From an uncultured Gammaproteobacteria bacterium (GTDB lineage Bacteria > Pseudomonadota > Gammaproteobacteria > UBA9214), in assembly GCA_963827755.1 (NCBI GenBank), contig CAWHCQ010000009.1:32001-96000 (forward strand): a stretch of 64,000 nucleotides of DNA, written 5' to 3'. A program made the position numbers and the translations under genes. This document shows positions 10,707 through 20,664 of the stretch, piece after piece (positions within the stretch are counted from its first letter, which is position 1; each line of letters begins with the position of its first letter). The notes beneath the pieces are model-generated. The model saw only the letters and a program-made list of their open reading frames with translations, ran no database searches and was not told the origin of the DNA.

Positions 10707-10713
10707 GCTGTTG

Positions 10714-11902
10714 TTACCCCGTACCGGTGGGCTTGCCGGACTTGGTACGGCCCTTTGCGCCGGTCTGCGCCCAGGCCGACAGGGTACGGCTCATCATGCG
10801 CAACTCATCACGGATCTCCTCGGCCAGTTGTTCACGGCCGGCACTGAACTCGTCGACAAAGCGCTTCAGGTTGATATCGAGGCTGCGCAGGTGCTCCTGC
10901 ACGGCCGGATCGCCGTCACTGCCGGTCTCGGCCAGCCGGGTCAGCACCGGCACCAGTTCGCCCTGGCCCCTGGCCAGCACACCCAGCAGGCGCTGTCCTT
11001 CACGCGCAACATCGGAAAACGACGCAAGTTCACGCCCGAGCGAGAGGATCTGTTCACTGATCTGGCGACGCTGGTCCTCGTCACGCACCACGTTGCGCTG
11101 CAGCTTGTCCAGGGTCTCTGCCGTCTGCTCCAGCATGGCATGGATGTAGACCGGTTCACTGGGTTCACGGTCCGGGTTCATGCTCCCCGACCGGCCTGCT
11201 CACCGTAAGGCGCGTGACCCCCGAGAGCCAGTCCTCCAGCTCGTTGAAAAAGCGGTTCTGCGCGTGGGACGCCTGCAGGTCAAGAAAACCCAGCACCAGC
11301 GAGCCGGCAAGGCCGAACAACGAGGAGCTGAATGCCGTGCCCATCCCGGACAGCGGGCCCTGCAGTCCCTCCATCAGGCTGCCGAACATGGCGGTCGTGT
11401 TGTTACCGGTCGCGGTGAGCGTGCCGATCATCTGTCCAACCCCGCTGACGGTCAGCAACAGACCCCAGAAGGTGCCCAGCAGCCCGAGGAAAACAAGCAG
11501 GCCAATCATGTAACGCGAGACATCGCGGGACTCGTCGAGTCGCAGCCTGACGCTGTCGAGCAACGCGCGCAGCGACAGATGCGGCAGGCTCGTCAGTTCC
11601 TTCTCGTGCCGGCCAAGCATTTTCGCCAGCGACGCCAGCATGCGCGGCTCGGCAGGTGCCCGGGGTCCCAGGAACTTGCGCTTGCCCCGGTACTTGTTGA
11701 TCCAGGCCACCTCGGAAGACAAACTGATCACCTGGCGAAAATTGATGATGATACCGATCAGGAACACCAGCAGAATAATGCCGTTGAACGCCGGGTTTGA
11801 CTGAAATGCCTCGGCCAGGGGGGCGTACAGCACCGCCACCGCCAGGGCGACCAGGCCGAGAAACGGGATCATCCACAGGAAAACGTGGGTGGGACGCGTC
11901 AT
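10714..11902 (-). CDS. MotA/TolQ/ExbB-like proton channel protein, split by a +1 frameshift near 11175
   Basis: GLLGTFWGL and GMGTAFSSSLFG motifs; ORFs 11165-11902 and 10714-11181 join if one C is removed from GAACCCGGA. Confidence 0.8.
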
Positions 11903-12106
11903 GGTTGTTCTCCTTGCTAGCAATTGCCTCTAATTCCCGGCGCAGGACAGAGGAACCGGCCGTTGTGGCGAGCCTGCGCAGGCGAGGTGGCGTAGCTTAA
12001 CACGCAGCGGAAACCTGCAGTGTGACTTTACGACGGGGCCTGCAGAAAATGGCCCGGGGCCCGTGAAAAACCGGGGCAGATCGCCGTGTAAATCAGAATG
12101 CCCCTG

Positions 12107-12325
12107 TTACTCCTGGTCACCGGCATCGGGACTCAGGCCGAATTCAAACCGGTCGATCTTGATGCCCTCGGGAAATGCGTTTTTCAGGCGTCTCTCGAAT
12201 TCCTGGTAGACCTCCGCTTTATGTTGCTGGACATCATAATCGCGACTGCCTGAATCAATTCCTTCCAGCTCCAGGTCCAGCTTGAACTCTACATCCGGAG
12301 CAATTTGAAAGCGTATCTTTGCCAT
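12107..12325 (-). CDS. Small hypothetical protein
   Basis: 72 aa after a strong RBS (AAGGAGGAG); globular-looking composition. Confidence 0.7.
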   Translation of the reverse strand: MAKIRFQIAPDVEFKLDLELEGIDSGSRDYDVQQHKAEVYQEFERRLKNAFPEGIKIDRFEFGLSPDAGDQE

Positions 12326-12387
12326 AATGAACTCCTCCTTTCCGGTTGTGTTGCAGATCACCTCGCACAGTCACCAGGACCCCGTAT

Positions 12388-12861
12388 TTACCATTTGTTG
12401 CGCGGGCCACCCGGCAGGCGTCGATTCCTTACTGGAATGTAGATCTCCAGGACGCCGTTGTTGATGCGCTGCGTCATTCGACCCGTGTCGGCATCGCAGG
12501 GAAGTCGCAGCTGCCTGTGGACTCGCATCTGCCATTGCGATGTTCCAGCAGCATGCCGGTCTTGCTGACGGGTCCGGCCGCCTTGAGCAACCTCAAGTAC
12601 CAGGCGGTTGCGCCGCAGATAGACATGGACGTTCCCGGGACTTAATCCATCAAGCCGGGCGCGGACGTAATAGCCGTCCCCGGCCTTACCTGTTTGCACG
12701 CGCAAGGAGCCCTGGAAGTGATTACCCCCGGGAGACCCTGCATATGAAAGCCGGTTCCTGTCGGCCGGGTAACCGGCAAAGCCGTAAGCCCCTGCATTGA
12801 CGGGCAACAAGGCTGCCAGAAGTATGCCCGCAATCGACACCTTTATTCTCTGCCACATCAT
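12388..12861 (-). CDS. Hsp20/alpha-crystallin domain protein with signal peptide
   Basis: YYVRARLDGL..RQLRLPCDAD..NGVLEIYIP; N-terminus ..LLAALLPVNAGA. Confidence 0.7.
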   Translation of the reverse strand: MMWQRIKVSIAGILLAALLPVNAGAYGFAGYPADRNRLSYAGSPGGNHFQGSLRVQTGKAGDGYYVRARLDGLSPGNVHVYLRRNRLVLEVAQGGRTRQQDRHAAGTSQWQMRVHRQLRLPCDADTGRMTQRINNGVLEIYIPVRNRRLPGGPRNKW

Positions 12862-13084
12862 TCCTGTCCCCCGCTTCACGTTGACCCGGGCGCCGCCAGG
12901 GCTGGCCCGGTTATTTGAAAAGAATACCCAGGAGCCTGTCGGACTTGGGACGATCACTGCGCCGGCGGGCAACGGCATTTTTCCGATCCTCCTCGTAAAT
13001 AGCTACGGCTATTCTCCTCGAACGATCGAAAAAATGACCTCGTTCTCCCACCCGGCTCGCTACGATCGCCCAAGTCGACAGCTC

Positions 13085-13279
13085 CTAGCGCAGGGGCTTG
13101 AACAGGGGTTTCTTCTTTTTCCCCCGAATGCACATCACATCCATGCCGATTTGGTGCGGTGTATAGACTGTCGTCCTGATCAGCCAGTCTCCGGACGGCA
13201 ACCGCGCCTGTTCGCTCATGGTCCTGATCTGCGTGGTATCGTCATAGACATCTTCGATGACATCGTAAACAAGTTTCAT
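13085..13279 (-). CDS. Small hypothetical protein
   Basis: 64 aa with RBS GAGGGAG. Confidence 0.55.
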   Translation of the reverse strand: MKLVYDVIEDVYDDTTQIRTMSEQARLPSGDWLIRTTVYTPHQIGMDVMCIRGKKKKPLFKPLR

Positions 13280-13663
13280 TGTTATCTCCCTCTGCAGTCG
13301 CACGAAAACCCCGTGGCCTTCATATCGCTGCCGACCACTGTAACAAGTATAGTATCAATCACAAGCCCGGGGGTTTGGCCCCGAAGGTGCCGGTCTCTGC
13401 GTATATTCGACATTTGCACAGTCCCGGTGGACGTCGGTTTATACAGCCGGCCGTGATACGGATCTGGAAGGTTATCGACAGCAATCACGGCACTGATACT
13501 GGTGTGACATGATGGAAATTCTTTACCCCGCAGACATGCCGCACCTGCCGGCGACGACAGTCTTCACTGTTCCGGTCTTGCAGCGGCCGTGCACTGTCCT
13601 GCGACGGCATGACACGGGCACCCTCCTCCGTGCCGGCGGACGCGACCCCCGGGGTCGTGCCGC

Positions 13664-16411
13664 GTGAGCGAGAAATCATCCCCCGCCGCTACCGCGCCCT
13701 GTCCCGTGGCGGCGCCCCATGCCGGGCCGGTTGAAGACATACTTGCAGCCCTGCACGGCTCGCCGAAAGGCCTTGACAAGGCTGAAGCCGCCGCCCGCCT
13801 GCAGCGCTATGGATACAATGCCCTGCCGGCCGCCGAACCGCCGGGCATCGCACAGGTATTCCTGCGCCAGTTCGCCAGCCCGCTGATCTACGTACTGGTG
13901 GCGGCGGCACTGGTGTCGCTGGCAATCCGCGAGTGGTCTGACGCCGGCTTCATCTGTGCGGTGCTGTTGCTGAATGCCGTTATCGGCACCGTCCAGGAAT
14001 ATTCCGCCCAGCGGGCCGCGACGGCCCTGCAGCAGCTGGTCCGCACGCGCTGCCGGGTCTTGCGCGATGGCGACGCCTATGAGTGCGAGGCGGAAGAACT
14101 GGTGCCCGGCGATATCGTGTTGCTGGAATCGGGTGAGCGCGTCCCGGCAGACCTGCGCCTGCTCGCCTGCCATGACCTGGAGGTGGATGAATCCCTGCTG
14201 ACCGGTGAATCCGTCGCGGTGTTCAAGCATGCAGACAAGCCGCTGCCGGAGGACAGCCCGCTTGGCGACAGGGTCAACATGGCCTTTGCCGGCACACTCG
14301 TCAGCCGCGGGCGCGCCCAGGGCGTGGTGACGGGCACCGCCCTCAACACGGAACTCGGACGCATCGCCTCCGCCGTGCTCGGCAAACCGCTCACCAAGGC
14401 ACCGCTACTGGTGCGGATGGAACGGTTTACCCACCGCGTGGCTATCCTGGTCGGCGTCGCCGCGTTGCTGCTGGCTGCTGTTTCACTGGGTCGCGGCATG
14501 CCGCTGGATGAAATCTTCCTGCTTGCCGTGGCACTGGCCGTCTCGGCCATACCCGAGGGATTGCCGGTCGCGCTGACGGTGGCGCTGGCCATTGGCATGC
14601 GGCGCATGGCCCGACGGCATGTGATTGTCCGGCGACTGCTGGCGGTGGAGGCGCTCGGATCCTGCACCTTTATCGCCACCGACAAGACCGGCACCCTGAC
14701 CGTCAACCAGCTCACGGCGCGGCGGATCGTCTTTCCCGGCCAGCCGCCGTGGGAAGTGACCGGCGACAGCCTGGAACCGGAAGGCAGCATCCTCACGCCG
14801 CGCGGATCGCCGCTGCCGAAGGAACAGGCCATGCTCGGCTGGCTGTGCCAGGCCGCGGTGCTGGCCAACGAGGGTTTGCTCGCGCATCGTGATCACGGCT
14901 GGGCCCGGTACGGCGATGCCGTCGATGTTGCCTTGCTGATCATGGCGCACAAGGCCGGCGTGACAAAGGCGGAGGCCGTTAATGCCATGCCGGAGATTGC
15001 GACCATCCCGTTCGAGTCGGAACGCCTGTTCGCGGCGAGCCTGAATGAGAAGGACGGCGGGCAGCACGCCTTTGCCAAGGGGGCGCTGGAACGCCTGCTG
15101 CCGATGTGCAGCACCATGGCCACCACCGCGGGCCCGGTGGCACTGGACCGTTCCGGGCTGGAACAGCAGGCGCAGGCGCTGGCCAGCCAGGGCTATCGCG
15201 TCATGGCGCTGGCAGCCGGTGCTATCGAACCGGGCCGGCAGGAAGCGTTCTCCGGGGAGCACCTCGGGGAATTGACCTTGATCGGGCTGGTTGGCCTGAT
15301 CGACCCGCTGCGGCCCGAGGCAAAGGCGGCCGTGACGGCCTGCCGTGCGGCCGGTATCCGGGTGGCAATGCTGACCGGCGATCATCCGGCAACGGCGTTT
15401 GCCATTGCCAGCGAACTGGAACTGGCGAGCAGCCCGGCGGATGTCGTCACCGGGCCGGAGCTGAAGCAGGCGACCGATGCGGCCGCCATCGACCGGTTGA
15501 CCGGGCGGGCGCGGGTATTTGCCCGCGTGGAGCCGCAGCAGAAACTCGACATCATCCACTCCCTGCAGCGCAACGGGCACTTCGTGGCCGTCAGCGGCGA
15601 CGGCGCCAACGATGCGCCGGCATTGCGCGCGGCCCAGGTCGGCGTGGCGATGGGCCGAAGCGGCACAGACGTGGCGCGCGAAACCGCGGACCTGATCATC
15701 ACCGATGACAACTTTGCCTCGATTGTGGCCGGGGTCGAAGAGGGACGCATAGCCTATGCCAACGTGCGCAAGGTGATTTTCCTGCTGATCTCGACCGGGG
15801 CCGCGGAGCTGGTGCTGTTTACCCTCGCGCTGCTGACCGGGCTGCCGCTGCCGCTGCTGGCGGTACAGCTGCTGTGGCTGAACCTGGTGACCAACGGCAT
15901 CCAGGACGTGGCACTGGCATTCGAGCCGGGCGAGGGTGACGAGCTGCGTTGTCCGCCGCGGTCGCCGCGGGAATCGATTTTCAACCGGCTGATGATCGAA
16001 CGCGTCGTCCTGTCGGCGCTGGTGATTGGCAGCGTTGCCTTTCTGCTCTTCCGGTTACTGCTGGAAAGCGGCCTCTCCCTGGACGAAGCGCGCAACGGGA
16101 CCCTGATGCTGATGGTGCTGTTCGAGAACATCCATGTCTTCAACAGCCGCTCGGAGAGGCTCTCGACATTCAGGCACAACCCGATGCGCAATCCGCTGCT
16201 GCTGTTCGGCACGCTGACGGCACAGCTGGTTCACATCGGCGCCATGTATACCCCGTGGATCAGCGACGTCCTGAATATCCAGCCAATCTCGCCGGAACTT
16301 TGGCTGGAACTGCTGGGCTTTGCTCTGACCGTGCTGCTCGCCATGGAACTGCACAAGGTCCTGCGGCGGCGGCTGACGGTACCCTGTGGTCCCGGCAGCT
16401 CAGCGGACTGA
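13664..16411 (+). CDS. Cation-transporting P-type ATPase (type IIA-like, Ca2+?)
   Basis: LTGES, IPEGL, DKTGTLT, KGALE, TGDH, GDGANDAPAL, LWLNLVTNG. Confidence 0.95.
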   Translation: MSEKSSPAATAPCPVAAPHAGPVEDILAALHGSPKGLDKAEAAARLQRYGYNALPAAEPPGIAQVFLRQFASPLIYVLVAAALVSLAIREWSDAGFICAVLLLNAVIGTVQEYSAQRAATALQQLVRTRCRVLRDGDAYECEAEELVPGDIVLLESGERVPADLRLLACHDLEVDESLLTGESVAVFKHADKPLPEDSPLGDRVNMAFAGTLVSRGRAQGVVTGTALNTELGRIASAVLGKPLTKAPLLVRMERFTHRVAILVGVAALLLAAVSLGRGMPLDEIFLLAVALAVSAIPEGLPVALTVALAIGMRRMARRHVIVRRLLAVEALGSCTFIATDKTGTLTVNQLTARRIVFPGQPPWEVTGDSLEPEGSILTPRGSPLPKEQAMLGWLCQAAVLANEGLLAHRDHGWARYGDAVDVALLIMAHKAGVTKAEAVNAMPEIATIPFESERLFAASLNEKDGGQHAFAKGALERLLPMCSTMATTAGPVALDRSGLEQQAQALASQGYRVMALAAGAIEPGRQEAFSGEHLGELTLIGLVGLIDPLRPEAKAAVTACRAAGIRVAMLTGDHPATAFAIASELELASSPADVVTGPELKQATDAAAIDRLTGRARVFARVEPQQKLDIIHSLQRNGHFVAVSGDGANDAPALRAAQVGVAMGRSGTDVARETADLIITDDNFASIVAGVEEGRIAYANVRKVIFLLISTGAAELVLFTLALLTGLPLPLLAVQLLWLNLVTNGIQDVALAFEPGEGDELRCPPRSPRESIFNRLMIERVVLSALVIGSVAFLLFRLLLESGLSLDEARNGTLMLMVLFENIHVFNSRSERLSTFRHNPMRNPLLLFGTLTAQLVHIGAMYTPWISDVLNIQPISPELWLELLGFALTVLLAMELHKVLRRRLTVPCGPGSSAD

Positions 16412-16649
16412 GCCATAGCTCCTCTCCGCGGCCGCCTCCCCGGTGAGCAAGTCCCGCAGGCCGGGTCAGGGAGCAACGCGACGGACCCGGCATTGATTGC
16501 CGGACTCTCTGGCCAGCGGAATGCCGGATATCGCGAAATGGACGGCAACCCCGCTGGAAGATAACGGGTCATTCGAGGCTTTTTCTCTGCCAGCAACGCG
16601 GTTATGCTACAGACCACCAATACGAGCACATGTCATGGAGGCATCGTTG

Positions 16650-17063
16650 ATGACGGACCAAAAACGCATCTGCGTAAAAGACGTAATGAAAACCAGCTTC
16701 GGCACCATCAACGGCAACTCAACCGTCATGGAAGCCATCGACGAGATGAAGCGCTTGCAAACCGCCATCCTCATCGTCAACAAGAAGAACGAGCACGACG
16801 AGTACGGTCTTTTACTGGTGTCGGATATTGCGCGCAAGGTGCTGGCGATGAATAAATCACCCAAGCGCATGAATATCTATGAAATCATGACCAAACCGGC
16901 GGTCTGCGTCGACCCCGACATGGACATCCGTTATTGTTCGCGCCTCATGAGCACAATGAACCTGATGCGCGTCCTGGTGGTGGAAGACAAGGAACTTCTC
17001 GGTACCGTGAGCCCGCACGCCCTGGTGTTGAACGGCCTGGCTGAAATCGAGACATATAACTGA
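16650..17063 (+). CDS. CBS domain protein (type usually found in DUF1538/PII operons)
   Basis: RBS GGAGG; two CBS repeats with DMDIRYC motif. Confidence 0.8.
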   Translation: MTDQKRICVKDVMKTSFGTINGNSTVMEAIDEMKRLQTAILIVNKKNEHDEYGLLLVSDIARKVLAMNKSPKRMNIYEIMTKPAVCVDPDMDIRYCSRLMSTMNLMRVLVVEDKELLGTVSPHALVLNGLAEIETYN

Positions 17064-17074
17064 CCGGCCCTGTT

Positions 17075-17383
17075 TCAGCGGGTGCGCTGGCCGCTGTCCG
17101 GCAACACCTGCTGCAGCATCCCCGCCGGATTCATTTGCTGAAACTGTTTGCTTCCCTGGCTGAAAGTCTTGCCCAGGCTATCGATACTCTTCTCCATACG
17201 CTGCATGGAGTCATTCATGGCATTCATACTCTGCTGCATTTCGCCGACATCCTCCGACATGACACTCATATAACCGGTCATCTCGCTCATCGAGCTGCTC
17301 ATATCGAACATCAGCTTTATAAATGCAAGCGCAATGACGCCTGCGCCGATAAATAATACCGTCTGTAATGGTTTGCCGCTCAT
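17075..17383 (-). CDS. Membrane-anchored Met-rich coiled-coil protein
   Basis: N-terminal TM followed by heptad-spaced Met residues. Confidence 0.6.
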   Translation of the reverse strand: MSGKPLQTVLFIGAGVIALAFIKLMFDMSSSMSEMTGYMSVMSEDVGEMQQSMNAMNDSMQRMEKSIDSLGKTFSQGSKQFQQMNPAGMLQQVLPDSGQRTR

Positions 17384-17527
17384 TCTTTTTACACCTGCAC
17401 GCTATCGACAAGAGACTTGAAATAATTCTAGCAGATCACCGGGCAGCGGGCACCGGCCCGGGCGCAGCAGCATCGCGGCTTGCCTGTGTCCGCCGCATGC
17501 AATTGCAAGGGCGCAGTCTGTCGTGAA

Positions 17528-18529
17528 TCAGCGCTGCAGCACAATGCGGTAATGCGTCTGGCCGCTCCTTAATCGTGTGATGGCCTCATTGACGTCTTCA
17601 AGGCTGAATTTCTCGATCACCGGCTTGATGTTATGCAGGCTGGCGAATTCAAGCATCCTGGAAATGGTTGCAGGGCTGCCGACCGGAGAACCGGATAGCG
17701 AACGTTGCCCCATGATGAGTGAAAACACATTGATATCGAGCGGGTCCAGGGTCGCACCCACAAAGTGCAGGCGGCCGCGGGGTTTCAGTGTGCCGAGATA
17801 GAGGTTCCAGTCCAGCTTGACGTTAACCGTGGAAATAACCAGGTCAAAACGGCCGGCCGCCGCCTCGATTTCACCCTGGTCGCGGGAGTTCAATGTATGG
17901 TGAGCGCCGAGATCCAGGGCTTCTTTCTTTTTCTCTTCGCTGGAGGTAAACGCCGTCACCTCGCAACCCCATGCATTCAGAAACTGCAGCGCCAGGTGGC
18001 CAAGACCGCCGATGCCGATCACCGCCACCTTGTCGACGGGTTTTATATCGAACTGAACCAGCGGATTGAACACGGTAATCCCGGCGCAAAACAGCGGGCC
18101 GGCAGATTCCAGCTCGACACCGTCCGGAATCGGGACCACGCTGTTTGCCTGCGCACGCACCTTGTCGGCAAAGCCGCCGTGATGACCGATGATGGTTGGC
18201 TGGGCAGTGGCGCACAGGTTGTGGTCGCCGCTGTGACAAAGTGCGCAGGCATTGCAGTAACCCGCATGCCAGCCCAGTCCCACTGCCTGGCCGACCTGCA
18301 AATGTTTAACATGGTCACCGACCCCGGCAATCTTTCCCACCACTTCGTGCCCGGGTACAACGGGATACTGTGTCATCCCCCATTCATTATCGATGACGCT
18401 CAGGTCACTGTGGCAAATTCCGGAGTAGAGAACATCGATTTCAACTTCATGGGCTTTTAATTCGCCGGGATCATACTCAAAGGGTTTGAGTTCTCCGCAG
18501 GGTTCAAATGCTGCAAAGGCTTTTATCAT
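17528..18529 (-). CDS. ahr: Zn-dependent NAD(P)H alcohol dehydrogenase / aldehyde reductase (Ahr/YjgB-like)
   Basis: GICHSD, GHEVVG, CxxCxxC..C structural Zn site, GIGGLG. Confidence 0.9.
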   Translation of the reverse strand: MIKAFAAFEPCGELKPFEYDPGELKAHEVEIDVLYSGICHSDLSVIDNEWGMTQYPVVPGHEVVGKIAGVGDHVKHLQVGQAVGLGWHAGYCNACALCHSGDHNLCATAQPTIIGHHGGFADKVRAQANSVVPIPDGVELESAGPLFCAGITVFNPLVQFDIKPVDKVAVIGIGGLGHLALQFLNAWGCEVTAFTSSEEKKKEALDLGAHHTLNSRDQGEIEAAAGRFDLVISTVNVKLDWNLYLGTLKPRGRLHFVGATLDPLDINVFSLIMGQRSLSGSPVGSPATISRMLEFASLHNIKPVIEKFSLEDVNEAITRLRSGQTHYRIVLQR

Positions 18530-18558
18530 GACAATTTTCCTCGTGGTGGCGTGTGGCC

Positions 18559-18686
18559 CGTAGCCCGGATGCAACGCAGTGTAATCCGGGGATCCTGCCA
18601 CATCACCCCCCGGATTCCGTTCCACTCCATTCGGGCTACGATACTACGCTACTGTAGCCCGGATGAAACGCAGTGTAATCCGGGGA
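18559..18686. repeat. GTAG-type REP cluster (3 units, alternating orientation)
   Basis: GTAGCCCGGATG(C/A)AACGCAGTGTAATCCGGG twice, plus one inverted copy between them. Confidence 0.8.
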
Positions 18687-18730
18687 ATCTGCTATCATCT
18701 GCCACCTTCCTGCCAGTTACCCCGACAACC

Positions 18731-19786
18731 ATGACCGACAAACGCATTGAAGATATCAATATCAGCAGCTGCAAGCGGCTGATTACGCCCGATGATCTCA
18801 AACACAAGCTGCCGATTACCGACCAGGTCGTCGAAACGGTCATCGACAGCCGCAGGGTGATTCGCGATATTATCGATCGCAGGGATGCACGCCAGATGAT
18901 CGTGGTGGGCCCCTGCTCCATCCACGACCCGAGAGCGGCCATCGAGTATGGCGAGCGTTTGCGCAAACTTGCAGACCAGGTCAGTGACACGCTCTACCTG
19001 GTGATGCGGGTTTATTTCGAGAAACCGCGCAGCACCATTGGCTGGAAGGGACTGATCAACGACCCGCACATGAACGGCTCGTTCGAGATCGAGGAAGGGC
19101 TGCACATCGCGCGGCGCCTGCTGCTCGACCTGGCCGGGCTCGGTCTGCCGCTGGCCACCGAGGCACTCGACCCGGTTTCACCGCAGTACCTGCAGGACCT
19201 GATTTCCTGGTCGGCGATCGGCGCACGCACCACCGAGTCGCAAACACACCGTGTCATGTCCAGCGGACTGTCCTGCGCCGTGGGTTTCAAGAACGGCACC
19301 GATGGCGGCCTCGGCATCGCCATCAATGCGCTGAAGTCGGTCAGCCACCCGCACAGCTTCCTCGGCATCGATGAAGGCGGACATGTTGCCATCGTCGAAA
19401 CCACGGGTAACAAGTACGGGCATATCGTACTGCGCGGCGGCAACGGCAAGCCCAACTATGACGCCGAAAATATCGCCCGCTGCGAGGCGGAACTGCGTGC
19501 GGCAGGTGTCTGCCCGCACATCATGGTCGATTGCAGCCACGACAACTCCTGCAAGGACCCGAACCTGCAACCGGGCGTTGCAGAAGACATCACCCGCCAG
19601 GTCCTGGCGGGCAACCGCTCCATCATCGGCCTGATGATCGAGAGCAACATCAATGCCGGTAACCAGCCAATCCCTGACGACATAGCAACACTGAAATACG
19701 GCGTATCCGTGACCGACGGCTGTATAGACTGGATAACAACCGAAAAAATGATCACCGCCATGCACACCCGGCTGGCGTCCACGTAG
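18731..19786 (+). CDS. aroG: 3-deoxy-7-phosphoheptulonate (DAHP) synthase, class I
   Basis: GPCSIHD, RVYFEKPR, GWKGLINDP, IGARTTESQ, GFKNGTDG, DCSH. The paralog (aroF/G/H) is uncertain. Confidence 0.93.
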   Translation: MTDKRIEDINISSCKRLITPDDLKHKLPITDQVVETVIDSRRVIRDIIDRRDARQMIVVGPCSIHDPRAAIEYGERLRKLADQVSDTLYLVMRVYFEKPRSTIGWKGLINDPHMNGSFEIEEGLHIARRLLLDLAGLGLPLATEALDPVSPQYLQDLISWSAIGARTTESQTHRVMSSGLSCAVGFKNGTDGGLGIAINALKSVSHPHSFLGIDEGGHVAIVETTGNKYGHIVLRGGNGKPNYDAENIARCEAELRAAGVCPHIMVDCSHDNSCKDPNLQPGVAEDITRQVLAGNRSIIGLMIESNINAGNQPIPDDIATLKYGVSVTDGCIDWITTEKMITAMHTRLAST

Positions 19787-19852
19787 GAGCCAGCGCAAGC
19801 TGGCGAACCGGCGAACCGGCGAACCCTTCGCGAGCTGGCGCTCGCTCCTGCA
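19783..19852. repeat. GTAG-type REP doublet
   Basis: GTAGGAGCCAGCGCAAGCTGGCGAA..TTCGCGAGCTGGCGCTCGCTCCT; same family at 32504 and 34362. Confidence 0.8.
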
Positions 19853-19886
19853 CATCCAGTGCCAGACGGCTATACCCGGGAAATTT

Positions 19887-20255
19887 CTAGTCGCCCTTCT
19901 CTTCCAGCACGCCTGCGGGCAATGTGTAGGGTGTGGCTGCCAGCAGGCTCCCCTGGTAGATGAGACCCGGACAGGGATGGTCGAAATCAACCTGGTGGTA
20001 AATAAATTCGAATACATCGTCCGCCCGGTCTTCCTCGACAACAATAGTGACCACGCGTACCGAATAGGCGGCGACCTGTCTTTTTCTCTTGTATTTCCGG
20101 CGCATCTGCAGACCGAACCCCCGGCAGAGAGAGGTATTTGCCGTGATAATGCCTTTCTTTGTTCGCAGCACCTTGAGCAGTGCCATGTCCTGACCTTCAT
20201 CAGGCAGGATGCAGGTGATAAGTTTTGCCTCTGGAAAATCCTGCAGCCGGGTCAC
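19887..20255 (-). CDS. PII-like protein (divergent)
   Basis: KLITCIL..RGFG..VVTIVVEEDRADDVFEFIY..PCPGLIY; overlaps the upstream PII gene by 4 nt. Confidence 0.7.
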   Translation of the reverse strand: MTRLQDFPEAKLITCILPDEGQDMALLKVLRTKKGIITANTSLCRGFGLQMRRKYKRKRQVAAYSVRVVTIVVEEDRADDVFEFIYHQVDFDHPCPGLIYQGSLLAATPYTLPAGVLEEKGD

Positions 20256-20641
20256 GCGCCGTCCCCGTGATGTTTCTTTTCCAGTTGTTCAAGCACTTCT
20301 TCGGGGATATAGGTGGCCGCTTTATCCAGCGGCGTGACATACATGAAGCCCATGCCCGGCGTGTCCAGCTGGCCGGCCAGGTAGATGTTGTTGAATACCG
20401 TTTCCAGTTGCTCGCTGGAGACAACGATGTTGACCACTTCCTTTTCGACTTCCACGGCGACGCCGAGTATGCCAAGCCGTTCCCTGACGCCGCTGCCCCT
20501 GGCATAAAAGATCGTCGCGCCCTGGGCGCCGGCTTCCTGGGCCGCCTGGACGATGGTATCGCCCAGGCCGCGTTGCACGATGCAGGTTATCAGGCGCACA
20601 TCGGTCAACAAGGTGATGCTGTGTCTTGTTTTGTTTGTCAT
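20252..20641 (-). CDS. PII-family signal transduction protein
   Basis: ITCIVQRG..AGAQGATI..ARGSG..EKEVV..PGMGFMYV. Alternative coupled start at 20665. Confidence 0.85.
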   Translation of the reverse strand: MTNKTRHSITLLTDVRLITCIVQRGLGDTIVQAAQEAGAQGATIFYARGSGVRERLGILGVAVEVEKEVVNIVVSSEQLETVFNNIYLAGQLDTPGMGFMYVTPLDKAATYIPEEVLEQLEKKHHGDGA

Positions 20642-20664
20642 GAGTGAATGTTCCCGGGTCGGCA

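Noticed and set aside
11160-11185. Programmed frameshift or selenocysteine readthrough in the split genes
   Set aside because: The continuation is in another frame, so TGA readthrough does not help; no slippery sites; the uniform +1 pattern fits sequencing error.
9561-11902. Zorya defence system
   Set aside because: No zorC/D/E or nuclease/helicase neighbours; flanking genes are not defence-like.
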